55,647 bases of DNA from a virus (taxonomy: Duplodnaviria; Caudoviricetes): positions 1 to 55,647 of IMG/VR virus record IMGVR_UViG_3300037516_001048; one strand, written 5' to 3'. The position numbers and the translations under genes were made by a program. Below are positions 9,536-19,700 of this stretch, in pieces; position 1 is the first letter of the stretch; each line of letters begins with the position of its first letter. The notes under the pieces were generated by a model. That model searched no databases, was not told the origin of the DNA, and was given only the letters and a program-made list of their open reading frames with translations.

Positions 9536-9787
9536 ATGAAACCAACCACCACCACCCCTGCCCCCTACGCCGCTTGGCAAGCGGATCTCGTCAAAGCCAT
9601 CCGCGCCACCATCAAGAGAGCCCGCCGGGACGGACTGACCGGGATGGGCATCGACAACCTGAGGCAGGGGACAAGGATCCCAGTCGGTGGCCCCACCGGG
9701 ACCAACGTCCAGTACTTCTACGCGATGGTCTGGTTCCCGGCGGCGCTGGCCGCGCTGAAGGGAGCGGATGCCGCCTTCATCAAATAA
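9536..9787 (+). CDS. hypothetical protein, paralog of 4694..4942
   Basis: LVKAIRATI...GGPTG...AALAALKGADAAFIK. Confidence 0.75.
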   Translation: MKPTTTTPAPYAAWQADLVKAIRATIKRARRDGLTGMGIDNLRQGTRIPVGGPTGTNVQYFYAMVWFPAALAALKGADAAFIK

Positions 9788-9828
9788 CCCGGCCCCGTAA
9801 TGGGGTCACCAACCAGAAACCAAACAAA

Positions 9829-10176
9829 ATGAACATCCAAAACACCAACATCCGCCACGACACGGTCTGGGATTACAACAACCCTGAGATGGCCGACATG
9901 GACAACCCCACCGGGGACCAGTACCGCCCCATCATCCAAGTGGAGGCCACCACCGCGGCCGGACGCCGGTTCATCCACTGGCACCTGTTTGAGCCCGATC
10001 AGGTATTAGCGGCTCAATACCTCGCCGGGCGGATCCTTGGTCGAGGCACCATCAACACCGAGTACTGGACTGAGACGTACGAGGTGTACGGCAGCGAGGC
10101 ATGGCAGGCCGCTGACAACCTCCGAGCCCACGCCAACGCCATGGGACCACTCGCCGGAACCGTGCGCGACTTTTAA
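9829..10176 (+). CDS. hypothetical protein
   Basis: MNIQNTNIRH start after AACCAGAAACCAAACAAA; flanked by palindromes. Confidence 0.75.
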   Translation: MNIQNTNIRHDTVWDYNNPEMADMDNPTGDQYRPIIQVEATTAAGRRFIHWHLFEPDQVLAAQYLAGRILGRGTINTEYWTETYEVYGSEAWQAADNLRAHANAMGPLAGTVRDF

Positions 10177-10217
10177 CCAACCGGCCCCGTTACGGGGCCA
10201 CCACCCAACCAAACAAA

Positions 10218-10448
10218 ATGAACAACCCAACCTATCCTGACCTTTGCCGCATGAGCACGGAGGCGACCGATGCCCTCTATAGCGCCGCTTACCGTTTCCG
10301 GCGGCTATCCGCTCCAGACCGAGATGCGGCCCGCCCCGCATTGATGACTGCAGGTAGACTGCTGGGTGCCATCCGCGACCGCATGAACTCTGATGCGTGG
10401 CCATGCGCCCCTCTCATGCTGACAACCTTCCGTAGCGCACTGCCTTAA
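10218..10448 (+). CDS. hypothetical protein
   Basis: 76 aa, C/A-rich leader. Confidence 0.7.
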   Translation: MNNPTYPDLCRMSTEATDALYSAAYRFRRLSAPDRDAARPALMTAGRLLGAIRDRMNSDAWPCAPLMLTTFRSALP

Positions 10449-10496
10449 TTCCTCCGCTCCGGGGTTCAATCCCCCGGCACCAACCAAACAAACCCA

Positions 10497-10757
10497 ATGC
10501 CCACCCACACCCTCACACGCCGGCCCCCTATGGGTGCCACCACCGCCGCCCGGCGGGTCCTGAATGGCCTCAGCCGCGCCCACAACGTCACGCTCCCCGC
10601 CACCATGGAGGGCGACATGGCCCTCATCATCGAGCGGGAGACTGGCCTGCTCGATCTCCTCAATCACTGCCGGGAGTTGGTGGCCCTGATGTCGGCCTAC
10701 AAAGACTACCCAGCGGTCAGCCGGGCTGTAGAAACCCTCCGCCAGTATCCTGTATGA
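10497..10757 (+). CDS. hypothetical protein
   Basis: 86 aa, preceded by a T-loop hairpin and C/A leader. Confidence 0.7.
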   Translation: MPTHTLTRRPPMGATTAARRVLNGLSRAHNVTLPATMEGDMALIIERETGLLDLLNHCRELVALMSAYKDYPAVSRAVETLRQYPV

Positions 10758-11293
10758 CCCCTTGGCCCTACACCCCTCCCGCCGTCGACTGGCGGATGTT
10801 CCGTGGCGTGCGCATCCGCTGCACACCTCACTACCGAATGACCGCAGAGGAAGTCCGGGACCGGAGTACCCCTGGCAATCCGGGGTTTGTGCCACGGGTG
10901 AATGCCACCGGGGTTTATCGGGATTGCCGGGCCTGCTCCGGTTGGGGGAAACACACCGTACCCGAGGGAGTGGCCCCCTGTGAATTCTGTGAGGTCACGG
11001 AGAAGGAGGACCACGAACGGATGGCCCTTCTTGATGAGAAATACCTACCATCTACCCCCGGCGGGAGCTTTGAGAAACAGTGGACGGACAGTAAACAGGC
11101 GGAGGCAAACGTCGCCGCAGAGGACGGCCCCCACTTCGTTTACCGGTGCCGGCAATGCGAGCTCACCTACAAACGACCCATGGATGCCGGACTGGGTAAA
11201 TGGGACCGGCCCTCGCACCACCGGATCTTCTGCTGCGAGCATCTGGTGCCGTTCGTTGAAGCCGTCACCCCAGAACTGGAGACCTCAGTATGA
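10754..11293 (+). CDS. Cys-rich (Zn-finger-like) hypothetical protein
   Basis: CRACSGWG, CEFC and CRQC motifs; ATGA coupling at both ends. Confidence 0.65.
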   Translation: MTPWPYTPPAVDWRMFRGVRIRCTPHYRMTAEEVRDRSTPGNPGFVPRVNATGVYRDCRACSGWGKHTVPEGVAPCEFCEVTEKEDHERMALLDEKYLPSTPGGSFEKQWTDSKQAEANVAAEDGPHFVYRCRQCELTYKRPMDAGLGKWDRPSHHRIFCCEHLVPFVEAVTPELETSV

Positions 11294-11496
11294 CCCCGGA
11301 ACAAAAGCTAAAGATGAACACCGACATCCACAGGGTAGTTTCTATTTTGAACGTCAAGGTATTGGCTCACGGGTACCTTAGATACGAAAAACTGCGGTTG
11401 TTGAACTCTCAACAGTTCGCGGAATTGCAGCTGAGGAATCTGGCTGGCGAGGGGCATTTCGATACCTTGATCGATCAACTGGAGGGGCCGGTATGA
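11290..11496 (+). CDS. hypothetical protein
   Basis: 68 aa, coupled. Confidence 0.65.
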   Translation: MTPEQKLKMNTDIHRVVSILNVKVLAHGYLRYEKLRLLNSQQFAELQLRNLAGEGHFDTLIDQLEGPV

Positions 11497-11557
11497 GGCG
11501 GGCCATTTACGTTGGAAGACCATACGAATTGCCCAACAATCTTAGCCTCTTAAAATT

Positions 11558-11806
11558 ATGACTACCGAAGAACTCAATAAAATCGACAAATGCCGCCACT
11601 TGCTGCCCGAACCCGCCCCGGAAGTGGTAGGGAAGCTGGTCGAGCAACTGCGCGGATACGACAAGCATCTGCGGGTCTGCATGGGATGGACGATGCGAGC
11701 ATCTGAACTTGAGGTGTCGAGCGGAATGCAGGAAGCGCAACTGACCGACCTAAAAGCGGCGGAATCCTTTTTGGCCGAACGTCTAGCGATGGCATCCCCA
11801 CCTTAA
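11558..11806 (+). CDS. hypothetical protein
   Basis: 82-aa ORF in the plus-strand cluster. Confidence 0.6.
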   Translation: MTTEELNKIDKCRHLLPEPAPEVVGKLVEQLRGYDKHLRVCMGWTMRASELEVSSGMQEAQLTDLKAAESFLAERLAMASPP

Positions 11807-11824
11807 CACCCCAAGACTCAACCT

Positions 11825-12061
11825 ATGAAACAAACGAAATCGAAGCCAGAAACCGCACCCCAAGAGAAAGCTGGTGGGGATTGTCCATCCGCGCCTTGTT
11901 CACCTTCTGTGGTGACTTGCGTGTATTGCGGCCACGAATACCCCGATGGAACTCCGACCGCCAAGCATGACCTGCTGACGGCTCATATCAAGGTCTGCCA
12001 GAAACACCCGATGCGGGAAGCCGAGTCGCGAATCGAACGACTCCGAAAAGCACTGCCCTAA
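11825..12061 (+). CDS. small Zn-finger protein
   Basis: CVYCG...LTAHIKVCQKHP C2HC-type motif. Confidence 0.7.
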   Translation: MKQTKSKPETAPQEKAGGDCPSAPCSPSVVTCVYCGHEYPDGTPTAKHDLLTAHIKVCQKHPMREAESRIERLRKALP

Positions 12062-12064
12062 ACC

Positions 12065-12394
12065 ATGAGCGACACCCCAAGAACAGACGAACGTGAGGCA
12101 AGGTCCGAAGGCTTGCACGACGAGTGGGCTTTCAGCCTCTGCCGCCAGCTTGAGCGCGAGCTTAACGCGGCCAATCAAAACCAATGGTCACGCGGCATTC
12201 ATAGCTGCCACAATGCCTGCGTCAGGCCCATGTGCGTTCTGAGGCGCGAGCGGGACGAAGCCGTCGCCGCAATAAACGACTGCGTGAATTGGGCTAACGG
12301 AAAAGAAGACGAATGGGGGACTCGTGCTGAAAACTCCTACAACTTCCTGCATCGTTTCTTGGCCAAATGCAAAACCGACCAGCCAAAACCATGA
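12065..12394 (+). CDS. conserved phage protein (SDTPRTD...RQLERE family)
   Basis: MSDTPRTD...CRQLERELN signature. Confidence 0.75.
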   Translation: MSDTPRTDEREARSEGLHDEWAFSLCRQLERELNAANQNQWSRGIHSCHNACVRPMCVLRRERDEAVAAINDCVNWANGKEDEWGTRAENSYNFLHRFLAKCKTDQPKP

Positions 12395-12657
12395 AGAGGT
12401 ACGACCCGATTCAACGCTTTGACCAAGGCGGCTCCACTCTTGGCGAAATGAAACAGCGCGATGACGGCGACTGGGTAGCATTTGATGATGTCGCGGAGCG
12501 CCTCGCCCACGCCGAGATCCTCCTGTCCGATCTGGCGTCCGACTACTGGCGGGCCGCCCTCAATGACCAAGACCCCAGCAGGGAGGGCATTATGGGCGAG
12601 CGCGTCGCCCAATATTGGGCGCGATATGCTGAGGACAAACCAACAACTACCCCATGA
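12391..12657 (+). CDS. hypothetical protein
   Basis: MKRYD...DGDWVAFDD motif; ATGA coupled. Confidence 0.7.
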   Translation: MKRYDPIQRFDQGGSTLGEMKQRDDGDWVAFDDVAERLAHAEILLSDLASDYWRAALNDQDPSREGIMGERVAQYWARYAEDKPTTTP

Positions 12658-12851
12658 CGCCAATCCAACCCACCGGAATCGAAAAACAAGTCTGTGACGA
12701 CATCACCGCCCGCCAGCAGCTTGGCATCAGGAAATACGGCGTCACCGTCGCAGAGTCGCCCGACGATATGCTGCAACACGCCTACCAGGAGGCCCTCGAT
12801 TTGTCAATTTATCTCAAAGCCGAAATCACCAAACGCACCCCAAAACCATGA
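12654..12851 (+). CDS. conserved phage protein (GxxKYG...HAYEExLD family, all-alpha NTP-PPase-like)
   Basis: RQQLGIRKYGVTV...LQHAYQEALDLSIYL. Confidence 0.75.
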   Translation: MTPIQPTGIEKQVCDDITARQQLGIRKYGVTVAESPDDMLQHAYQEALDLSIYLKAEITKRTPKP

Positions 12852-13204
12852 CCTACATCACAACAGAACTTTTTAAGTGGGACCGTGACGTCCAGCCCTC
12901 CATCGATGAGGTGGAGCGGAGCGCCGACGCCGATTGGCTCAGGGTCGCCACCGATTGCATTAGACAATCAGCCAGGGACCACGATACGTTCACGTCAGAC
13001 GAGGTAATCCGTCTCCTATCCGCTCATACCGCCCACACCCACAATCTCATGGCCCTTGGCCCGGTATTTCAAAAGGCGTCTCAGCTTGGCATCATCATCA
13101 ACACGGGAAAAATGAAGCAGACCACGATCCGGATCCGCCACCGGAAACTAACCGTCTGGCGTTCCCTGCTCCGCCCTATCCCCCTGACACCATTCCCACT
13201 ATGA
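12848..13204 (+). CDS. hypothetical protein (possible winged-helix)
   Basis: FTSDEV...ALGPVFQKA...VWRS pattern common in phage proteins. Confidence 0.7.
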   Translation: MTYITTELFKWDRDVQPSIDEVERSADADWLRVATDCIRQSARDHDTFTSDEVIRLLSAHTAHTHNLMALGPVFQKASQLGIIINTGKMKQTTIRIRHRKLTVWRSLLRPIPLTPFPL

Positions 13205-13419
13205 TGACCCCCGAAGAAAAGGACGCCGCCAAGGAGCAAGCCAAGCGGTGGCTCCTGCCACCACTGGCAACGTCGTCGCTGGAGCGCCGGCCACGGAGCG
13301 ACAAGGGTCGGCCAAGGGCAGTAAAGAACCAGCCAAAACCGCCCCTGACGCTACCGGACCGCATCATGATTGGCCGCTACACGCTGTTCCTGCACCCCCA
13401 ACCGATTCCAAGACTATGA
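13201..13419 (+). CDS. hypothetical protein, tandem paralog of 13416..13745
   Basis: MMTPEEKDAAKEQAKRWL...LPDRIMIGRY. Confidence 0.65.
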   Translation: MMTPEEKDAAKEQAKRWLLPPLATSSLERRPRSDKGRPRAVKNQPKPPLTLPDRIMIGRYTLFLHPQPIPRL

Positions 13420-13745
13420 TGACTGATGAAGAAAAAGCACTGGCACGGGAACAGGCCAAGAAATGGTTGGCCCCGGTCACCACACCGGGCAAAAAGGCCC
13501 CGAAACGGTGGCGACCGACCCCCTCCCAGAAACGCGCCCTACCGCCGTGCATCTATCTGGGACGCTACGTTGGAGGCACCCTGTTCTACCGGGTGCAGTG
13601 GCAGTCGCAACGAGTCGCCCGGCATGTCGGGTGTTATCTCACCCTCGAGGAGGCCGTCCGCAGATTGCATCTGTCACGGCCCCCTCGCCCCGCCGCCCCT
13701 GTCAATCCTCGACGTCGCCCAGTCGGCTCACGGGTTGGCCCTTGA
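13416..13745 (+). CDS. hypothetical protein with AP2-like C-terminus
   Basis: MMTDEEKALAREQAKKWL...LPPCIYLGRY...YRVQWQ..RHVGCYLTLEEAV. Confidence 0.6.
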   Translation: MMTDEEKALAREQAKKWLAPVTTPGKKAPKRWRPTPSQKRALPPCIYLGRYVGGTLFYRVQWQSQRVARHVGCYLTLEEAVRRLHLSRPPRPAAPVNPRRRPVGSRVGP

Positions 13746-16700
13746 GCTCACCCCATGCCCGGCGGCGTCCGTCCGTGTAGGCTTTTTTGATGCGATCCAC
13801 ATCATCCTGTGTGGGCTTCAGGTTCAGGCCTTGGAGCGACTGCCGAGCCAGCGCCGCAGACCGGCCACTCAGTTGTTTGTAGGCCCCCGCATTCAGTTTC
13901 ACGCGCACCGTTTTACCATCCACTTGCAGTTCGTGCGTCCGGTCCGGCGTGCCCGGTGCCCATGCCTCCTTGCCGGGGTTAGCCGCGTTCCACTGCCGCA
14001 GCACGATGTCAGACGGCTCCACCCCGTCCTGCTTCACCAGCGCCGGCAATAGGATCCGGGTCAGGGCGTTGCCGGTTTTTTCTTTGTCGACTCCGGTGGC
14101 GGTATTCACACGGGATTCCGCCCCGGCCCCAAACGGAGCCAGTTGGTAATACCAGTCCGCCGTGGAACCGTCGCGCACCATGCTATCCATGTTGCGGAGC
14201 GGTTGGCGGATCAGGTTTGGCACCAGTGCCGTCATCACCGCCCGCTGACCCTTGTCGGCCAGCTTGCCGGGTTGTTTCATGGTATCGAACAGCGCCGCCA
14301 GCCCACTCAGGAACGTCTTGTCCATCGCAGCCTGCTGGAGAGACCCCAGCACCCGCCCGAACTTGTCAGCCACGTCCCCGCCGCCCTTGCTGATGCGGAG
14401 GGCATCAACCGTGGATCCCAGCACCGTCGCGAACGGCTCGACGCGGCCGTAGGGAATCCTGACGCCGCCGATCCGGATCACGTAGGCCCCGCCAGCGGTG
14501 CGTTCTTGCAGGTCGCGTTCCGCAAAGTCCGCAGGCTGGCTTCCGGTGATCAGGAGCCATTTTTTCTCGTCGTCGTCGTCACCCTCCGCAGCCCCCTTGA
14601 GCAGAGCCAGCGCCGCCATCGCCAGCGTTTGCTCCGCCAGCCATTTTATCATCTGCGGACTGGCCGCAGTGGCCAACTCCAACCGGCCACCGGACAGCTT
14701 CACCATCCCGTGTTTGCCCAACTGCCAGATCAGATTCGCCGCCCCCAAGGGACTTTTCCTGATCCCGTGCCGGAAGATGTTATAGGGCGTCCGGATAAAG
14801 GGCACCACGAACCCAAGCAACCGGTTGGAATTTTTCCATTTCTGTAGCGGTTTCAGGTTTTCGGGCAGGTCCTCCTGGAAGGTGAGCTCCTGCGCTTTTT
14901 GGACGGCCAACTGCCATGCCTGACTCCCCGGCGTGTAGAGCAGTTGGTTCATCCTTTTCGTCATCGCGTCCCCGCTCAATCCCTCCGCCTTGGCAATGCG
15001 GTAGGCCTGCGCCGCGGCTTCCATCTGCCCGATCAGCCCCTTGAAGAACCCATCCGTCGCCATCAGCGCCCGACCGGGAATCCGGATCACTTTGCCCTTC
15101 GTGCCTGAGATGGCGGTAGCCCGACCTTCACCTTTTGGCCCCGTCTCAAACAGGTCCAGCTGGGCGTTCAGAGCCTCATGCGCGAACCAATCGGTTTCGG
15201 TGCGCCACGACTTGGAGAACAACCGCATCCCCCGGACCAGTCCAGGCAGGAGGGCCTGCCGCATCGCGCCAAACTCCCCGAACGATGCCGACTTGTCATC
15301 CTGAATCACCAAGTTCCAGAGAGCCTCCATGCCACGCTGGACGGTGAGCTCGACGCCAGCGAAGGCCGAGTTACCCACGATGTTCACCACCTGCGTCTGT
15401 GGGCCGGAGAGGATGTTATTGATCCAGTATTCCTGGAGCATATCCATCGCCCCGCCGTGCGCGGCCTGCGTCACCCGCGCCAGCCGCACCACGTCCTCCG
15501 CATCAGCCAGGTCAGCGCCAATGAGGATGGAGACCTCATCTTGCAGCCCGAGGTCCAGTTCGTTCTGCGCCAGCGCCGGGCGGTCCCACACCTTCCCCGG
15601 ACCGGGGGCGATGGAGTTATCCGGCGTACCCATCTGCCCCAGCCGTGGCTGAGTGCCCCGGCCATCGCGGCCCATGGGTTGCGAGAGATATTCCTCGCCG
15701 CTCATGCCGGACTGTGCCGTGGGTGGCTGGTAGAGCCGCTTCCGTTTCACGATCTTGCGCTTGCCGAGTTGCTTCACGGGGATGCCATACCCCATCTGTT
15801 GGACTAGCTTTTGGATTTCGGCGGCGCGTTCAGCCTCCGTCATTCCTACCATGCGGGCAAAGTCCACATCCATGAATTCGTCTCCTGCCATGGCGGCGAC
15901 TTGGAGCGAGGAGGAAGCGGCCGCGATAGCGCGGGCCAGGCGGGCCTCCATCGCCTTGGTCAGTTGGCGGTCCATGTGGTCCTTCACCGCGAGCACCTCC
16001 TGCGGGGTCAGCCCCACCGCCTTCCCGATGTCGAGAGCGGACTGGGTGCCGCCTTTCAGAAGTACGGCGGCTCTCCGGTGTTTGTCAGATGCCAGCCCCG
16101 CGGCGGTCTCTCCGATGATCTTCGCCTTGGCCAGGCTCAACTGGATGCCGCCGGAGAACAGGTCATCCAACGTCACCCCCATTTTAGCAAACTCCGCCTC
16201 GATGCGGGCGATGCGCTGGGCATCCGCACCAAGGATCCGCTGGCGCTCCGCAGCACTACCCGCCGCCTCCAGTTTCTTCCGCGTCTCTGCCGGTGGCGTG
16301 AATATCTGCTTGGCGAGAAACTCCCGGTGCCGCTCCTCCGGAGTTTTGAAAGGATCCCGGCGGGCCGCAAGTCCCCGCGCCTGTTCCGTCCCGGCCTGAC
16401 GATACGCGTAGACCAGCGCCTGCAGGGTACGTTTACGGGCCGGGTTCATTGGCATCCGGCTCTCCTGTTCCACGATGATCTGTGCCGCCTGCGTGAGCTC
16501 CGGGGTCAGTTGGCCACCACTCAGGCCGATGTCCACCAACCGGCGGACGGTCCCGTCGTAGTTCGCCCGCAGCATCTCCACCGCGTCCGCACGCCACTGG
16601 TCGAAGGTCTCCTCCTGCACCGTCGCGTTCCGGTATTCATCCACCCCCATGATCACCGGATCACCGAACGTGGTGTAACTGTTGGTACCGGCCCCGAGGG

Positions 16701-19700
16701 ACAGGTCCGGATTGCCCGTCTTGCGGCTCCCGGAGGATTCGTTATCCGCCCGGTCCATCAGGGAATCCAGTTCATCCAGATCCACCCCGGCCCCGCGCAG
16801 CGCGTCGTCGAAGGATGCGGATTGCAGTGCCGCAGCCGACAGCGGGGCCAGATAGACTGGGGTGGTCAAGTAGCTGGACCTTGCCTCGCCTTCTGATTTA
16901 TTCCAGGCCCCCAGAACCCGAGCGTCCCTGATTACCCTTTCGCCAAAATCAGATCCTATTCTGGATGATGTTCCGGTAACCAAAACCACTTGAGCGCCAT
17001 AATAGTAACCATATCGGAATCCGGGGAGATCTCGCCCTCCCGTTACGCCTAAATGAAACAGAGCCTCCCTGATGGAGTCCCTGTCTAGTTTTATTCCGAT
17101 TGTGCTGGTTCCAGCCAGTTTTCTCTTTGTAGGCTCTCCATCATTCCACACTGAAGAAGGGGCCAAGGCATCGCCCGGCTTTACTTGCGGCACCGGATTA
17201 TTGTGCTCCACCATGACACGCAAGCCCAGCACGCGGGTTTTAGCGCCCGTTGCCAGCTTAAGAATTTCGTCAATGTTTTGCTCGAAAATCGCCAGACGGT
17301 CCGCATCCTGTTCTGCAAGTCCTTGATTCACGCCAAGATGATTACCCGCGCTTACTCCGGATGCAAGCGAATCACCACCTATGGCGTCCAGCGCCGCAGC
17401 CGACAGCGGAGCCAGCATCCCGCCCCGCCCCATCCCATCAGCCAGCGTTCCCATTTCGGGGCCAGTAGCCTCCGTGGCGGCGCCGGTCGGCGTTTCGTTC
17501 CGGGTGGCCATCGTGATCCGGAGCAGCGCGTATTCCGTTTCCAGCGCACGGAGCTTATCAATCTGCGGGAATTCCTGGCTCCCTGCGTCCACCTTCCGCA
17601 ACTCCGCCAACCGGTCAGTCAGGAACGCGATGTTCTCGCGGCTGTTCGCGGGCCGGTCCTCGATGCCGCTCACCAAGCTCCGGATCCCCAACACCAGACT
17701 TTGCCCGCCAGCGTACCAGTCCTTGTATTCAGTCGACCCCGGCACCTGCACCACCCCTACCAGGGCGTTGTCCTTGAGTTTGGCGGTCACTTCAAATGGA
17801 CGCCCGTTGACCTCCATGGCCAGCGTCGTCTGCTTGTCTCCCTGCATCGCCATACTGCCAGCAGCGCCGGCCAGCCAGAGGTCCAGCGGGTTGATGATCT
17901 TCCCGTCCTTCGCCCCCGTGTCGATGGTCTTCCCGTCGAACTTGTAGACCGGCTTGCCGTCAGCCTCCAGGAACAGCTTGCCATAGGTCGCGGCCTCCCG
18001 GTCCACCCGGTTCAGCAGTCCCTCACTGTAGGTGATGCTGGCGGCGATCCGGCGGATGTCTGCCGCCCGGCTGGCCCCCTGCCGTTGCCATCCATTGTAG
18101 CTGTTACGCAGTTGGCGCAGGTCCCGGTCCAGCATCACCTGCCGGATCATGAGAGGGTCACCCATCGCCTGCGCGGCCATCTCATTGAAGCCCATCTGGA
18201 TCTCATCCGTCGGGTCATCGAACTCATTGCCGATCGACTCACCGGAGAGGCTCTGTGCCACCATCCCCTGCTTCGCGGCCATCATGCTGTACACCACACT
18301 GTCCGTGGACCGCTGCACCGCGTATTCTATGATGCCGATGTCGAAGATTTTCGCGGCGGCGTCCGCTTCTGTCCGGATGGCTCCGTCCTTGTCGTTTTCT
18401 GTCAGCCATTCCTTGGCCGCTTTGGCCCGCTTGGCCCCGGTAGTCCCCGCGAAGGGAGTGCCCGCGGCGGTGCCCACCACCCGCGCAAAGGCCGCATCCC
18501 GCCATTCGGCATGGAGGTTCCCCTGCCGGATGATCCGTCCGTTCCGCTGCTCCATCATGGCCGGCTTGAAGTCACGCGGAGGCATCAGGTGATGCACCAT
18601 CGCCAGCCGCTCTTGGATGTTCACGCCCACGCCCAGTCGGGCCGTGCTGCCAATGATCACCCTCACCTTACCCTCGTTCACCGCATCGAGGATGGCCGTC
18701 AGCTTCTCGTCCTTCTCAGTCGTCACCACCACCACCTCCTCCGGTTTCATTCCGCCCGCGATGAGCTTGGCCTTGATGTCATCGCCCAGGTTGAATGCAC
18801 CCTCATTCCGGCCCATATCCGCAAACGGATTACCAGCGAACTCACCCAGCACCCCGAGCCGGAAGCTGTTGAACAGGTCCGAGAACATCACCTGCGCGGT
18901 CTTGTTGGCATCCCCGGAGCGGTAGATTTCCAGCGCCCGCTTGATGGCCACGTTCACCTTGCTCCCCGGATAGTCGGGTGCGTTGTCGTGGATCAGCCGG
19001 GGATCCAGCGCCGCCGCCATCCCAGCCTGCAGGCTCATGATGGGAATCGCCGTCAGCCGGGGATCCTCATCGATCTCCTTCCGGCCGATCGCCTTCCAGC
19101 GTGGAGCCACTTCATTGACGATCCATTCGTTGAACGCTTGGTTGGCTTGCGTCACCGGCACCACCACCTGCTCCGCCTTGCCGCCCGCGATGGATGGCAC
19201 ATCCAGCCCGAGGGACTCGTTGCCCATGGCCACATCGAACACCGACCGGATCAGCCGGATAAACTGCGGGCCATTCACAAATTTCGTGAAGCGGTCCACC
19301 ACCTTGATGCTGCCATCCCAGGTGCTTTCCGTCTGCGAAACCACGGTGCCGTATTGCGCCGCGAAGTCATCGAAGTTCACGATCCCGTTCGCTTCCAGCA
19401 TATCCGGGGCGATGTATCGCAGCATCACGTAGGCCTCTGCCATCGTGTTGGAGATTGGCGTGCCGGTGGCGAAGAAGACACCCTTCCCCTTCATGCGTTC
19501 CCGCACGTTGTGGGTTTTCAGCATCATACTCACCGCCTTGTCAGACCCCTCGCCGGTCGATGGGATGTTCTTCACGTCCCGCCCGCGATTGGTCACCACT
19601 GGGGCGTTCTTGAAGGCGTGCGCCTCATCCACGATCAGGGCATCCACCCCGATCTGCTCCCAGTCCAAGACGTTATCCTGACGTGCCCCGAGACGGGCAA

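Larger units (their letters stand above)
9157..10199. repeat. cluster of 17-bp palindromes GGCCCCG-N3-CGGGGCC between small genes
   Basis: Copies at 9157-9173, 9452-9468, 9791-9807 and 10183-10199; more elsewhere (see findings). Confidence 0.8.

Noticed and set aside
9157-10199. Repeats as a CRISPR array or integron attC sites
   Set aside because: Spacing is hundreds of bp containing whole ORFs; no cas operon, integron integrase or attC core sites seen.
17325-17366. Possible internal promoter (TTGCAT) at the start of the ART-like insert
   Set aside because: No convincing -10 at 16-18 bp spacing.
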